Positions 45,702-56,255 of a stretch of 64,000 nucleotides of DNA are shown here, in pieces; the first letter of the stretch is position 1, and the number at the start of each line of letters is the position of its first letter. The notes beneath the pieces were generated by a model. The model saw only the letters and a program-made list of their open reading frames with translations, searched no databases and had not been told where the DNA came from. Both the position numbers and the translations under genes were made by a program. This DNA comes from Promethearchaeota archaeon (GTDB lineage: Archaea > Asgardarchaeota > Lokiarchaeia > Sigyniarchaeales > SOKP01). The stretch covers positions 32,001 to 96,000 of the forward strand of contig JBHLOY010000005.1 in assembly GCA_048939995.1 (NCBI GenBank). The letters run 5' to 3'.

Positions 45702-46703
45702 ATGCTTAAATCTAGGATTGAATCTTTCTTAACCTTTATAAAAGGTAAGAATTTATTGATTATTACTCATCATCCAACAGATTTAGATGGATTCATTAGT
45801 TCAATTTCTTTAAAGTTTTTCCTCGAAACTTTCTTTAAATCCCAAGAAGTCTCAATATATTTTTCAGAACTTTCTAAATTTACTAAAGATTTTCTAAAAA
45901 ATTTTAGGACATTATTTCCTGATTTTAGTTTAAATTATAGTGAACAGATTTATATTCCTCTCTTTGATACTATACTTATTATTGATACTAATAATTTAGA
46001 TCAATTATATTATAAGGAATTAGACTTCTCAACTCCTTTCATATTTATTGATCATCATCTAAATTTAAACAAAAATTATAGGGCCAATTTAGATTCGCTA
46101 AATCTAATATTTGAAAACTATTCCTCAACAGCAGAAATTATCTTAGAATTATTTCGCATAAAACAGGTTTCAATTCCTATTCCTTATAAAGTGCTTCTAG
46201 CTAGTGCTATCATAGCAGATTCAGGACTTTTTAAATATGGGAATAATCAAACAATCCATAACATATCTTTCTTGTTAGAAAATGGGATACCTATTCAAGA
46301 AATCTTAAACTTATTGGAATCAGATTCAGAGCTTTCTGAGAGAATAGCAAGAGTAAAAGGTTTGAAGAGAGTAGGATTGTTAAAAGCAGAAAATTGGCTT
46401 ATTGGAGTTTCTCGAGTAAGCAATTTCAGTGCTTCTGTAGCTACAACGTTAATAAACGTGGGATTTGATGTCGGAATAATTTTTTCAAAAAAAAAAGATG
46501 GAACGATCATTACTACTCGAGCTAGAAAAGAAGTATGCCAGAAAACTGGACTACATTTAGGAAGAATTTTAAGCAACATTGAAGGATGTAGTGGCGGTGG
46601 ACATGATGGTGCTGCATCTTTAAATTGTATAAATAATGCAGAAGGCATTCTAAAGAAAGTAATTGACAAAATTAAAAAAGTATTAATGACCAAAAGTTCT
46701 TAA
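45702..46703 (+). CDS. DHH family phosphoesterase
   Basis: THHPTDLDG, IIDTN, IDHH, SSTAEII, GGGHDGAA. Confidence 0.92.
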   Translation: MLKSRIESFLTFIKGKNLLIITHHPTDLDGFISSISLKFFLETFFKSQEVSIYFSELSKFTKDFLKNFRTLFPDFSLNYSEQIYIPLFDTILIIDTNNLDQLYYKELDFSTPFIFIDHHLNLNKNYRANLDSLNLIFENYSSTAEIILELFRIKQVSIPIPYKVLLASAIIADSGLFKYGNNQTIHNISFLLENGIPIQEILNLLESDSELSERIARVKGLKRVGLLKAENWLIGVSRVSNFSASVATTLINVGFDVGIIFSKKKDGTIITTRARKEVCQKTGLHLGRILSNIEGCSGGGHDGAASLNCINNAEGILKKVIDKIKKVLMTKSS

Positions 46704-46735
46704 TAAATCAAAATAAAAAATCTTACATTTCTATT

Positions 46736-47581
46736 ATGTGCATAATCCGATTTAAGGACTTTTTCTTTCGTTACAAAGGAAATGAAGAATATGCATTAAA
46801 TAATATCAACTTAGAAATAAAAAAAAATAAGTTCATATTACTTGCAGGCGAAACAGGTTCGGGGAAAACCTCTTTAATAAGATGTATGAATGGATTAATC
46901 CCTCAGTTTTATGCGGGATATTACAAGGGATCAGTTCAAGTAGCAGAAAAGGATACAAGCATAACACCAATAGCAGATTTATCTACTGAAGTTGGTATTG
47001 TATTTCAAAATCCTGAAAATCAATTGATCGCAATGAACATTGAGCATGAGATAGCTTTTGGTATGGAAAATTTAGGCATAAAAGAAGAAATTATAAAAGA
47101 AAAGCTAAAATCTGTCATGCAATTGACAGAAATTAGTGAAATTGCCGATAAAGCCCCTTTTGAGATAAGTGGAGGAGAACAACAAAGAGTAGCGATTGCC
47201 TCAATTTTAGCCTTGGACCCAAAAATTATAGTTTTAGACGAGCCTACTGCGAATTTAGATCCTCTTTTTGCTCACAAAATAATTACCCTCTTAAAAAAGA
47301 TCCAACGTGACAAGGATCTTACTATCATAATAAGTGAACATAGAATGGATTTAGTTATTCCAATCGTAGATGAGATTATTTTAATGAAACAAGGGAAAAT
47401 TGTAGCACATAATAGAAAAGAAGATATCATTAATAGTCAAGAATTTGAAAATTTAGCTATAAATAAACCACTTATTTACTCCATATTCAACTATCTAAGA
47501 AAAGAAAATTTGATTCACAAAGATTTGCCAACTTCGATTTCTGAAGCAGTTTCATTAATTAAAACTAATATTTATAGGTGA
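46736..47581 (+). CDS. ecfA1: ECF transporter ATPase A1
   Basis: GETGSGKT, VFQNPENQ, ISGGEQQR, LDEPT, SEH. Confidence 0.92.
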   Translation: MCIIRFKDFFFRYKGNEEYALNNINLEIKKNKFILLAGETGSGKTSLIRCMNGLIPQFYAGYYKGSVQVAEKDTSITPIADLSTEVGIVFQNPENQLIAMNIEHEIAFGMENLGIKEEIIKEKLKSVMQLTEISEIADKAPFEISGGEQQRVAIASILALDPKIIVLDEPTANLDPLFAHKIITLLKKIQRDKDLTIIISEHRMDLVIPIVDEIILMKQGKIVAHNRKEDIINSQEFENLAINKPLIYSIFNYLRKENLIHKDLPTSISEAVSLIKTNIYR

Positions 47582-48444
47582 GGATAATTAAGGGATCTTT
47601 TCCAATAATAACAATGAAAAATGTTAACTATACTTATCCTAGTGGCACCCATGCTTTAAAAGATGTATCTTTGAATATTAATAAAGGAGAACTTGTAGCA
47701 ATAATGGGTCAAAACGGAGCAGGAAAGACTACTTTGATTAGAATGTTAAATGGGTTGCTACGACCCACTAAAGGAAGTGTTTATATCGAAAATGAGGATA
47801 TTGCCCCAAAAACTATTGCTACCATGTCGAAGATTGTCGGAATTGTATTTCAAAATCCTTTAAACCAATTATTCTCGAATACTATTGAGGATGAAATCAA
47901 TTTTTCATTAAAAAATCTTGAATTAACCAAAGAAGAAATCAAAATTAGGAAAGATGCAATTTTGGAGAATTTTGAACTTTTAAAATATCGAACTCGCTCT
48001 CCATTAAATTTATCAGGTGGAGAATCAAAGAAATTAGCAATTGCTTCAATAATATGTAGAAATCCAAGAATATTGGTATTCGATGAACCAACGCTTGGAC
48101 AAGATGCCAAAGAGATTAAGTTTTTTATTGATCTAATTAACCAGGAAATTGAAAAAGATAAAACTATCTTAATTGTGACTCACAATGTTGAATTTACTAT
48201 GGAATATATACCAAGAACCATTTTAATGGCTCATGGGAATATCATTGCAGATGGTCCAACAAAATATATCTTATCAAATGAATTATTACTCAATGAATCT
48301 TCATTGATAATGCCTCAACTTTACCAACTAAAAAACGCATTAAATGAAATAAATTTGAACGTTCCAGATGATTTATTCAGAGAATTGGAGATGATCGAAT
48401 TTCTCGATAAGTATTTAAGAGACCTCAAAGGAGGTGTTAAATAA
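47578..48444 (+). CDS. ecfA2: ECF transporter ATPase A2
   Basis: GQNGAGKT, VFQNP, LSGGE, FDEPTLGQD, VTH. Confidence 0.92.
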   Translation: MRIIKGSFPIITMKNVNYTYPSGTHALKDVSLNINKGELVAIMGQNGAGKTTLIRMLNGLLRPTKGSVYIENEDIAPKTIATMSKIVGIVFQNPLNQLFSNTIEDEINFSLKNLELTKEEIKIRKDAILENFELLKYRTRSPLNLSGGESKKLAIASIICRNPRILVFDEPTLGQDAKEIKFFIDLINQEIEKDKTILIVTHNVEFTMEYIPRTILMAHGNIIADGPTKYILSNELLLNESSLIMPQLYQLKNALNEINLNVPDDLFRELEMIEFLDKYLRDLKGGVK

Positions 48445-49221
48445 ATGTCATTAGAATTTCTTAATGCATTTAAATTTACTAAAAAACATACATTTATCCA
48501 CAAATTGGATCCTCGTTCTAAGCTTCTATTTGCTATAATTTATACTGCGGTTGCTTTATTATTTACTGAAATTGTTCCCTTACTTTTTATTTTCTTGAGC
48601 TTATTTCCTTTTATTCTAATAGGGAATTTATTTAACCAATGGATAAAGAGCATAAGAGGTTTGTCCTATCTCTATTTAATTATAATAATTTTAAACACCT
48701 TATTCATATCAGTAAAAGGATTATCATTTGCAATCTCAATGTCATTAAGAATCTCAATAATGATATCCGCTTTCTCAATATTCTTCTTAAGTGTGGATCC
48801 CAACGATCTCGCACTTTCATTTATTTCAATGAAAGTTCCATATGAATTTGCTTTTTCTTTCTCTCTTGCTTTTAGATTTGTACCTACAATAGCAATGGAA
48901 GCACAAAATATTATTGATGCTCAGCAAAGTAGAGGATATGAAATGCAAAAAAAGGGAATAATTTCTCAAATTAAAAATCTTTTCCCTCTCTTAATTCCAT
49001 TAATAGTAAGTTCAATAAGAAGGGCATTTAATGTTGCAGAAGCACTTGAATCTAGAGCTTTCGGAAGTAAAAGAAAGCGAAGTTATTACTTTAAAATCAA
49101 ATATTCCGCTATAGATTGGATTTTTACCATTTATTTGATTATTTTCTTAATTCTATTTTTATTTATCAGAATTCAATTCGTTATAATGCCGTTATGGTTT
49201 AATTGGAGTTTTCCAGTGTGA
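48445..49221 (+). CDS. ecfT: ECF transporter transmembrane component T
   Basis: HKLDPRSKL, AFRFVP, AQQSRG, ALESRAF. Confidence 0.93.
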   Translation: MSLEFLNAFKFTKKHTFIHKLDPRSKLLFAIIYTAVALLFTEIVPLLFIFLSLFPFILIGNLFNQWIKSIRGLSYLYLIIIILNTLFISVKGLSFAISMSLRISIMISAFSIFFLSVDPNDLALSFISMKVPYEFAFSFSLAFRFVPTIAMEAQNIIDAQQSRGYEMQKKGIISQIKNLFPLLIPLIVSSIRRAFNVAEALESRAFGSKRKRSYYFKIKYSAIDWIFTIYLIIFLILFLFIRIQFVIMPLWFNWSFPV

Positions 49222-49865
49222 TAATTAAAAAGTTTAGTATTGAAGAAAAAGCTTTTTTCATAGGAATAGAACAGTTTAAAATAAAATCAAAAAATTTGTT
49301 TTATGAACAATTTTTCAACACTTTTGAAAACATCCAGAAGAAATACAAGTCTATAGTTATACAAGTTTTTAATGATGAATATGTTTTGAATTCAGACCAT
49401 ATTCTTAATGCTTGTTATTATGTAGAGAAGGCTTTTTTAAATAACTATAATATCTCGAATAAAAAAAATATTGAACTTTTTTTATATCTAGCCGCAAATA
49501 GGCAAATTAAAATCGCATTAGAGGATTTTGGGCTTAATAAAGAAGCGTTTAATAAGGGATTAATTAATTTATGTTCAATCTCTTCAGAAAGTAGTTTTCA
49601 ATCAATTTATGAATTTGAAACAACTTTTAAGATTAATAATTCAGAATATTATTTAGATAATTATTCTCAGCAAAAATATAAGGAGATTAAATTATATCAT
49701 AATTTTTCTGATAATCAAATTGAAACTGTCTTAGCTTCCTATAATATAAAAATAAACCTAAATAATATAAATGATTCAGACCTTCCAAATCTCTATTTGG
49801 CACTAAACGATCTGATTTGTGAGAAAATGGCCTTAATTTACTTAGAAAAGTTTAGTTTTGATTAA
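49203..49865 (+). CDS. cgi121: KEOPS subunit Cgi121
   Basis: IQVFN...HILNA, NISNKKNIELFLYLAANRQIKIALEDFG, CEKMAL; start probably GTG 49218. Confidence 0.85.
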   Translation: MEFSSVIIKKFSIEEKAFFIGIEQFKIKSKNLFYEQFFNTFENIQKKYKSIVIQVFNDEYVLNSDHILNACYYVEKAFLNNYNISNKKNIELFLYLAANRQIKIALEDFGLNKEAFNKGLINLCSISSESSFQSIYEFETTFKINNSEYYLDNYSQQKYKEIKLYHNFSDNQIETVLASYNIKINLNNINDSDLPNLYLALNDLICEKMALIYLEKFSFD

Positions 49866-50385
49866 TATTTTTATTACTTACTTTTATGATATCATCTGGA
49901 GTTAAAAATGAAATTCCTGTGAAATTTCCCAACACCTCGACCTTTATAATCTTATCTGGATGTTCTAGATTGACCTTATTTTTAAAAATTTTTGCAATAC
50001 TTTCAATTAACCCATCACGATCAATCAATTCATTCTTTCTGCGATTTAAATCGATCATAAATGAGTCTTGGTTTTTAATATAATCTTGATAATTCTTTTG
50101 AATGATCATCTTAATTGTCTTTATATCAGTCTGACATACATAGTCAATAGGGGTAATCTTAAGTATATATTGGAAAAAGTAAGGATTCTGGATCAATAAT
50201 TCCTTTATTTTTTTAATAATCTTTCTATGATTCAATGTGGTTGTGGCTGTTATCAATCCTTGAAAATCTAAACTTGAAATGATTGAGTATTGATCTCCAC
50301 ACATTAAAAGCGTGAACCAAATTTCTGCTTTTGCATTATCTTCATTGTAACGAGATGTTGAAATTAATAGATTAAAATTATTCAA
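49852..50385 (-). CDS. THUMP domain protein (Tan1-like)
   Basis: FNLLIST, ILKITPID, FMIDLNRR, KVNLEHPDKIIKVEVLG..TGIS. Confidence 0.88.
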   Translation of the reverse strand: MNNFNLLISTSRYNEDNAKAEIWFTLLMCGDQYSIISSLDFQGLITATTTLNHRKIIKKIKELLIQNPYFFQYILKITPIDYVCQTDIKTIKMIIQKNYQDYIKNQDSFMIDLNRRKNELIDRDGLIESIAKIFKNKVNLEHPDKIIKVEVLGNFTGISFLTPDDIIKVSNKNINQN

Positions 50386-50402
50386 TTATAAAACCTCTAA
50401 TT

Positions 50403-51068
50403 CTAAAACTGGTTTTTTATAAAATCTTGAACTTGCTCTTCAGTGAGAGTTCCAATACGCACAAATTCTGGTTTGTTAGATATACAATTGATTATGGTTG
50501 TTGGTAATTTAGATTTTAATTTACCACCATCAATTATTAAATCTATCGGACTTAAAAATTTTTTTGCTATTTCATCACCACTCATACAAGGAGGTTCCCC
50601 AGAATAATTGGCAGAAGTTCCAATAATTCCTCCAAAATAACCTCTTGATTTTAAAATTTGCAGGATATTTAATATTACTTCATTCCTGGGAACTCTTAAC
50701 CCAATAGTATCTTTAAATCCAGATACTTCTGGGGGAATTATGTTAGGTTCTTTTTTTCTTAATATTAGTGTTAAAAGACCTGGCCAATACTTTTTTGCTA
50801 AAGATGTTGCCAATTTATTAAATTCTGCAATTTTTTTAGCTTCTTCTAGATCTGATACTAGTAGAAGTAAGCCTTTTGAGCGATCTCGAAACTTTATGTC
50901 GAAAATTCTCTTAATTGCGTCAAGGTTTTGAGGGTCAGCCCCGATACCATAAACAGAATCAGTTGGAAAGGCAATTATTTTACCCTCAATGACATTATCA
51001 ACGGCAATTTCAAGATAAGGCTTGATTTCTGCTAAACTCTTCCCTCTAACCTTAATTAAGAATCCCAT
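50403..51068 (-). CDS. tsaC: threonylcarbamoyl-AMP synthase (TsaC/Sua5 YrdC domain only)
   Basis: FPTDSVYGIG, KFRDRSK, WPGLLT, GLRVP, TSANYSG, PTTI; no C-terminal SUA5 domain. Confidence 0.92.
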   Translation of the reverse strand: MGFLIKVRGKSLAEIKPYLEIAVDNVIEGKIIAFPTDSVYGIGADPQNLDAIKRIFDIKFRDRSKGLLLLVSDLEEAKKIAEFNKLATSLAKKYWPGLLTLILRKKEPNIIPPEVSGFKDTIGLRVPRNEVILNILQILKSRGYFGGIIGTSANYSGEPPCMSGDEIAKKFLSPIDLIIDGGKLKSKLPTTIINCISNKPEFVRIGTLTEEQVQDFIKNQF

Positions 51069-51103
51069 TTAGATTCAAAATACTTCATTTATTATTTAAA
51101 AAA

Positions 51104-52087
51104 TTATTTAGGGTATTTCTCTTGACAACTTAAACTAATTTCAAGGCGACTCCATGTATGATCAAGATATTCCTGAAGTTCTATTAAATCTTTCTCTGAT
51201 ATATTAGCAAATCTTTTTTGCTTAGAAAGATATTCAATAAGTTGAACCCTCTTAGACGGATCCAATAATGATTTACTTGGTTTTGATAAATTCATGATTC
51301 CATATTCTACTTCATATAAAATCCAAGATCCTGTTTTAACAGCTAATCTAGCAATTTCAATTGCCTCATTGGATTCGAAACCCCACCCTGGGGCGCAAGG
51401 AGCGAGAATATGAATATACTTACACCCTTCAATAGATTTAGCTTTTTTAAATTTATCATATAAATCAAGTGGTTCACTTATAGAACAAGTAGCTACGTAA
51501 GGAATGTCATGAGCAGCCATTATAGCGGGTAAATTCTTTTTAAAGCGATCCTTTCCCTTTGTAGTCGTACTTGTCCATGCCCCATGAGGCGTGCTCGAAG
51601 ATCTTTGAATACCTGTATTCATATAGGCTTCATTATCATAACACACATAAATTTGATTTGAATTTCTTTCTGCTGCTCCACTTAGACCTTGAATCCCGAT
51701 ATCTGCCGTACCACCATCTCCAGCAAATGTAATTGTTGTCATTTCATCCCAGCCTTTACCGGGAAATCTATATGCTTTTGCTTTAAAAGCAGCAGACATA
51801 CCTGTTGCTGCTGCTGCTCCTGCTGCAAAAGCCATATTTGTAAATGGGAAATTTGGTGCTGTTTTTGGCCATAATCCTACGACTACATTAAGGCAGGAAG
51901 CTGGTGTTACAAGAGCAGTATTAGGTCCCAATGCTTTTATAGCCCATCTAAGGGCGAGTTCTAAACCACATCCCGCGCAACAAGAATTTCCAGGAAGAAA
52001 ATACTCTTCTTGGCAAAATTCTAAAGCTTCTTTTAATTTAACCATTCCTTTATTCAACCTCCAATAACCCGTCCCAGAGAGTTCCAT
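51104..52087 (-). CDS. porB: 2-oxoacid (pyruvate-type):ferredoxin oxidoreductase beta subunit
   Basis: CAGCG, AGDGGTADIG TPP motif, YDNEAYMNTGIQRS, PCAPGW; true start probably ATG 52045; substrate uncertain. Confidence 0.9.
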   Translation of the reverse strand: MELSGTGYWRLNKGMVKLKEALEFCQEEYFLPGNSCCAGCGLELALRWAIKALGPNTALVTPASCLNVVVGLWPKTAPNFPFTNMAFAAGAAAATGMSAAFKAKAYRFPGKGWDEMTTITFAGDGGTADIGIQGLSGAAERNSNQIYVCYDNEAYMNTGIQRSSSTPHGAWTSTTTKGKDRFKKNLPAIMAAHDIPYVATCSISEPLDLYDKFKKAKSIEGCKYIHILAPCAPGWGFESNEAIEIARLAVKTGSWILYEVEYGIMNLSKPSKSLLDPSKRVQLIEYLSKQKRFANISEKDLIELQEYLDHTWSRLEISLSCQEKYPK

Positions 52088-53306
52088 GAATCATATTTTT
52101 TGGAAGTTCTCCAGTTTCATTATATTTAACTAACATTAATAATTGATTTTTTTGCTGTTTAAGCGTTACTTCTCTTCCCCCTAAACCATTAATAATTGGT
52201 AGTAATTTTGCAGTCCCTTTTGTTTCATGCAGAGCAGCTTTGACTTCACAACTAACAGGCCCTCCTGTTTGACACCCAAAAGCAGTAGCTCTGTCTATCA
52301 CTCCCAAAGCTTCTACTTTCTTAGCCACTTCAATAATATCTTCTGTCGGAAACGGTCTAAAATGCCTTAATTTTACCATTCCGACTTTATATCCCTCATC
52401 TCTTAAATCATCTATTGCTTGTTCCATTTGAAGAGCTAAGTCTCCATATGTAATTACTCCTACTTTTGCGTCCTCCATTTTATATTCTTGAATTAAACCA
52501 TTACCATAATTCCTTCCGAAAATGCTTTCAAATTCTTTAGCAACTGATTTAATTTTTTCTTTTGTTCTAATAAGCGCATCATGAATTTTTAATCTAAATT
52601 CATAATAAAAATTAGAAGGCATAATAAGATTTCCAAACATCATTGGTCTTTTTGGATCCATCCAAATATGTGGCCAACCTTCCTCACTTGGTAATGGTGG
52701 TAAAAATTTATCTACAAGATCTTGATCTTCTAAAATGACAGGTTTTGATGTGTGTGAAAGAATAAATCCTCCATAAGATACAAATTTCGGTAAAAGAACA
52801 TCATGATCTTCACAAACCTTATACGACATTAAAATTTCATCATATATCTCTTGATGTTCAGCACAAAAGCAACTCATCCATCCTGTGTCCCTCTGACTTA
52901 TTACATCAGTAAAATCTGCCCATATATTCCATGGTGGAGCTGGACCCCGAGAGGCTATTGCAACAACAATGGGAAGTCTAGCTCCAGCAGCCCAGTGAAT
53001 CATTTCATGAGCATAAAAAATTCCTTGGCCAGATGTAGCGGTAAATGTACGCGTTCCTGCTTTACTTGCACCAATTACAGCAGCAAAAACACTATGTTCC
53101 GACTCCATTTTTATGTACTCAGTTCCTGGCATTAAACCATTATCTACAAATTCAGATAGCTTTTCAACTACAGTGGTTTGGGGCGTTATAGGATATGCAC
53201 TAATAACTTGCACTCGAGCTGATTTTGCAGCATAAGCTGCAGCTTCGTTTCCTTTAATTATGATGGATTCTCTTTTTTGGACAAAATCTTGCTGGCTTTC
53301 AGTCAT
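52050..53306 (-). CDS. porA: 2-oxoacid:ferredoxin oxidoreductase alpha subunit
   Basis: GNEAAA, AYPITPQT, ESEHS, TATSGQG, RDTGW, FRPFP, GLGGR. Confidence 0.92.
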   Translation of the reverse strand: MTESQQDFVQKRESIIIKGNEAAAYAAKSARVQVISAYPITPQTTVVEKLSEFVDNGLMPGTEYIKMESEHSVFAAVIGASKAGTRTFTATSGQGIFYAHEMIHWAAGARLPIVVAIASRGPAPPWNIWADFTDVISQRDTGWMSCFCAEHQEIYDEILMSYKVCEDHDVLLPKFVSYGGFILSHTSKPVILEDQDLVDKFLPPLPSEEGWPHIWMDPKRPMMFGNLIMPSNFYYEFRLKIHDALIRTKEKIKSVAKEFESIFGRNYGNGLIQEYKMEDAKVGVITYGDLALQMEQAIDDLRDEGYKVGMVKLRHFRPFPTEDIIEVAKKVEALGVIDRATAFGCQTGGPVSCEVKAALHETKGTAKLLPIINGLGGREVTLKQQKNQLLMLVKYNETGELPKNMIHGTLWDGLLEVE

Positions 53307-53646
53307 CTTTTATATCACTCTCTCTAATCATTTCTATATTATTAGTAGGACACTCCTTAGCACATATGCCACACCCTTTACAATAACGTAAATCAATTTC
53401 AAAAGAACCATCTTCCTTCCTTTTAATTACACCCTCAGGACAATACATCCAACAAATTCCACATTTATTACACCCTTCTTTAATAACTGGTCTGAAGGTT
53501 CTCCAATCACCAGTTGTACCTAGATTTCCATCAATTGGCAAAGAAATGGGAATTGGTGATAATTCCTTCCAATTTTTATATTCTTGGACTTTCGGGCGTT
53601 CTTTTATGGATTTATTAATTTTCTTCCACTTTTTTGATTCTGACAT
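53299..53646 (-). CDS. porD: 2-oxoacid:ferredoxin oxidoreductase delta subunit
   Basis: TGDWRTFRP, CNKCGICWMYCPE, YCKGCGICAKECP. Confidence 0.93.
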   Translation of the reverse strand: MSESKKWKKINKSIKERPKVQEYKNWKELSPIPISLPIDGNLGTTGDWRTFRPVIKEGCNKCGICWMYCPEGVIKRKEDGSFEIDLRYCKGCGICAKECPTNNIEMIRESDIKDD

Positions 53647-53648
53647 AA

Positions 53649-54236
53649 TTACATCTCTCTTACTGATTCATAAGCGTCTCTTGCAACGCTCATATTTTTT
53701 TCCAATCTTGTTTCTCCAAATTCCTTTTTTATCACTTTTTCCATTGTTTTAAGATTGTAAAAACCAGTAACCTTTCCAAATGCCCCTAACATAGGAATAT
53801 TTAGAATCGGACCGCTTGCATGCATAAAATTATGTTTAATACAAATGCCTGTAGCATCCACGATAAAAACCTTTACATTGCTTGGTAAGGCATTCATAAC
53901 TATAGATTCCGGACTGTTGATTATTAAATTGACTCCTTCCTTTATTGTCGCTTTAATCGTTGGTATTTCCAATAATGAAATATCAAACATAAGAATATAA
54001 TCTGGATCCACCACGCTATCATATGTTTTAATCACCCTAGACTTAGAAACTTTTGTAAAAGCTTGGATTGGTGCCCCCCTACGCTCAGCACCTATTATTG
54101 GTATAGCTATGGTATCTTGGAAACCCTCTTCAAATGCCATTTCTGCTAATAATTGGCTTGCTGTGATACAGGTTTGACCTCCTCTACAATGCATAGATAT
54201 TTCTACAATCTTTTCATCGTTTGACAATTTATTCAA
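53649..54236 (-). CDS. porC: 2-oxoacid:ferredoxin oxidoreductase gamma subunit
   Basis: HCRGGQ, GAERRGAP, VDATGI, NIPMLGA. Confidence 0.9.
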   Translation of the reverse strand: MNKLSNDEKIVEISMHCRGGQTCITASQLLAEMAFEEGFQDTIAIPIIGAERRGAPIQAFTKVSKSRVIKTYDSVVDPDYILMFDISLLEIPTIKATIKEGVNLIINSPESIVMNALPSNVKVFIVDATGICIKHNFMHASGPILNIPMLGAFGKVTGFYNLKTMEKVIKKEFGETRLEKNMSVARDAYESVREM

Positions 54237-54466
54237 CTTAATTTTCTATATTTGTATTGAATGCAATAAGTCAAATAAAGGCACAATGAATAAAAGTTCT
54301 ATTGATTTTACATAAATAACTTCAAGATGAAACAATAGTATAGAATTTATAATAATAATTGTTATAACAATTAATTTATTCACTGAAAACTATTATTTTA
54401 TATTGACTTCAAGGATAATCATTAAATCAACCATTAAATTTAATCAAAATCTATTTAGGAACTATT

Positions 54467-55039
54467 ATGACTAGAAAGAAAAGGAATAGTAAAATTATTC
54501 ATTCTTTTAAATGTCCTTCATGTCAAGAAGGAACAATAGATATTAATAGAAGTATTTATGATCTCCCTGATGGAGATAAAATGCTTATCTTAAATTTTGA
54601 ATGTAATGCTTGCACCTTTCATAAAAATGATATAATTCCACTAACAACAAACATGGAACCAGGAATTATTACTTTACGAATCGAGGGGGAAGAAGACCTC
54701 AAATCTAAAATTTATCGTTCCCCAACTGGTAAGTTAGAAATCCCTGAACTTGATTTAATAGTAGAACCTGGACCGAGAGCAGAATTTTATTATACCAACG
54801 TAGAAGGTATACTCTTTAGATTCGAAAATGCTGTTGCAATCTACAAAAATAATCTTAGTAAAGATGATTCTGAATTTAAGGAAATAACCCAAACTTTGGA
54901 GGATTTAAAAAAAGCACTTGTTGGAAAATTCAAATTTACCTTAAAAATCACTGATAACGGAGGAGGGAGTTATATTATTCCAGTTAATAAATCAAATTAT
55001 AGTTTTGAGAAAATAAAATTAGATTCAAATTTGTCATAA
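54467..55039 (+). CDS. ZPR1 zinc finger protein
   Basis: CPSC..CNAC, IPELDLIVEPGP, TNVEGIL, FTLKITD..GGSYI. Confidence 0.93.
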   Translation: MTRKKRNSKIIHSFKCPSCQEGTIDINRSIYDLPDGDKMLILNFECNACTFHKNDIIPLTTNMEPGIITLRIEGEEDLKSKIYRSPTGKLEIPELDLIVEPGPRAEFYYTNVEGILFRFENAVAIYKNNLSKDDSEFKEITQTLEDLKKALVGKFKFTLKITDNGGGSYIIPVNKSNYSFEKIKLDSNLS

Positions 55040-55096
55040 CTTTTTAATAGAAGACCTCAATATAATAAAATCAACTAACCATTTTGATGAATCAAA

Positions 55097-56245
55097 ATGA
55101 GTATCAAAAAAATTGGAATTTTAACTGGTGGTGGGGATTGCCCCGGTTTAAATTCAGTAATCTATGGTATAATGTTAAAAGCTTACGAAGCGAGAGTGGA
55201 TTGTATTGGTATCCTTAAGGGCTGGAAAGGTTTTTTAAATAATGATACAATTCCTCTTAATATTGCTGAACATGATGACCTGCATACTGTTGGAGGAACG
55301 ATTCTCTATACAAGTAGGACAAATCCTTTTAAGGGGATCACCTCAAAAGAAGAGAGAGCTAAAGAATTAACAGTTAAATTTACTGAATTAGGCATCGATG
55401 CCTTGATAGCAATAGGAGGCGATGATACACTAGGAGTTGCAAATTCAATGCACAAATTTGCTGGAGCAAAAGTGGTTGGCGTACCAAAAACTATAGATAA
55501 CGACCTTTTGGGAACCCATTACACCTTTGGATTTTGGAGCGCTGTCCAATTAGCATCTAACACCCTTGATAATCTCACAACCACCGCACATTCACATCAA
55601 AGAGTATTTGTAGTTGAAATTATGGGCAGGGATGCTGGATTTCTCACCATGTATAGTGGTATATCTGCTGGTGCCGATATTATATTAATTCCAGAAACTC
55701 CATTTGATCTTGAAAGTGATATTATTGATGTACTTAAAAAAAGAGCCAACGCTGGTTATAAATATCATATTATTGCAGTATCTGAAGGAGCTTATCCAAA
55801 TTTAGAGTCATTAGAAAGAGACTTCAAAACGGTTTCAAAAGAAACAATTGATAAATTACCTAAAGATTCATTTGGTAATCCTTTACTCGCTAAATTGGGT
55901 GTTTCTCAAATAATTGTAGATGAATTAAATTTGAGAGATGATTTAAAAAGAGAATTTGAAAATAATGATGTTGAATTTGAATGTAGAAGTGTTGTTCTGG
56001 GGCATACTATGCGAGCAGGTACACCCAATTCGTTCGATAGAATCCTTGGATTAAGATTTGGACTAGCTGCAATGAAATTGGCGCTTGAAGGTAAATTTGG
56101 AAACATGGTCTCTTTGCAAGGTAATAGAATTACAACAGTACCTTTATCTGAAGGAGTGAAAAAGAAGTATATCACTGCAGAAAATGATAAAATGGAACTA
56201 CGGGATTTACTTGTAAAAATAAGATACCTCTCAAAACAAAAATAA
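55097..56245 (+). CDS. pfp: phosphofructokinase, PfkA family, probably PPi-dependent
   Basis: GGGDCPGLN, GGTIL.TSR, GGDDT, PKTIDND, EIMGR, LGH..R. Confidence 0.88.
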   Translation: MSIKKIGILTGGGDCPGLNSVIYGIMLKAYEARVDCIGILKGWKGFLNNDTIPLNIAEHDDLHTVGGTILYTSRTNPFKGITSKEERAKELTVKFTELGIDALIAIGGDDTLGVANSMHKFAGAKVVGVPKTIDNDLLGTHYTFGFWSAVQLASNTLDNLTTTAHSHQRVFVVEIMGRDAGFLTMYSGISAGADIILIPETPFDLESDIIDVLKKRANAGYKYHIIAVSEGAYPNLESLERDFKTVSKETIDKLPKDSFGNPLLAKLGVSQIIVDELNLRDDLKREFENNDVEFECRSVVLGHTMRAGTPNSFDRILGLRFGLAAMKLALEGKFGNMVSLQGNRITTVPLSEGVKKKYITAENDKMELRDLLVKIRYLSKQK

Positions 56246-56255
56246 CTAAAAAGTT

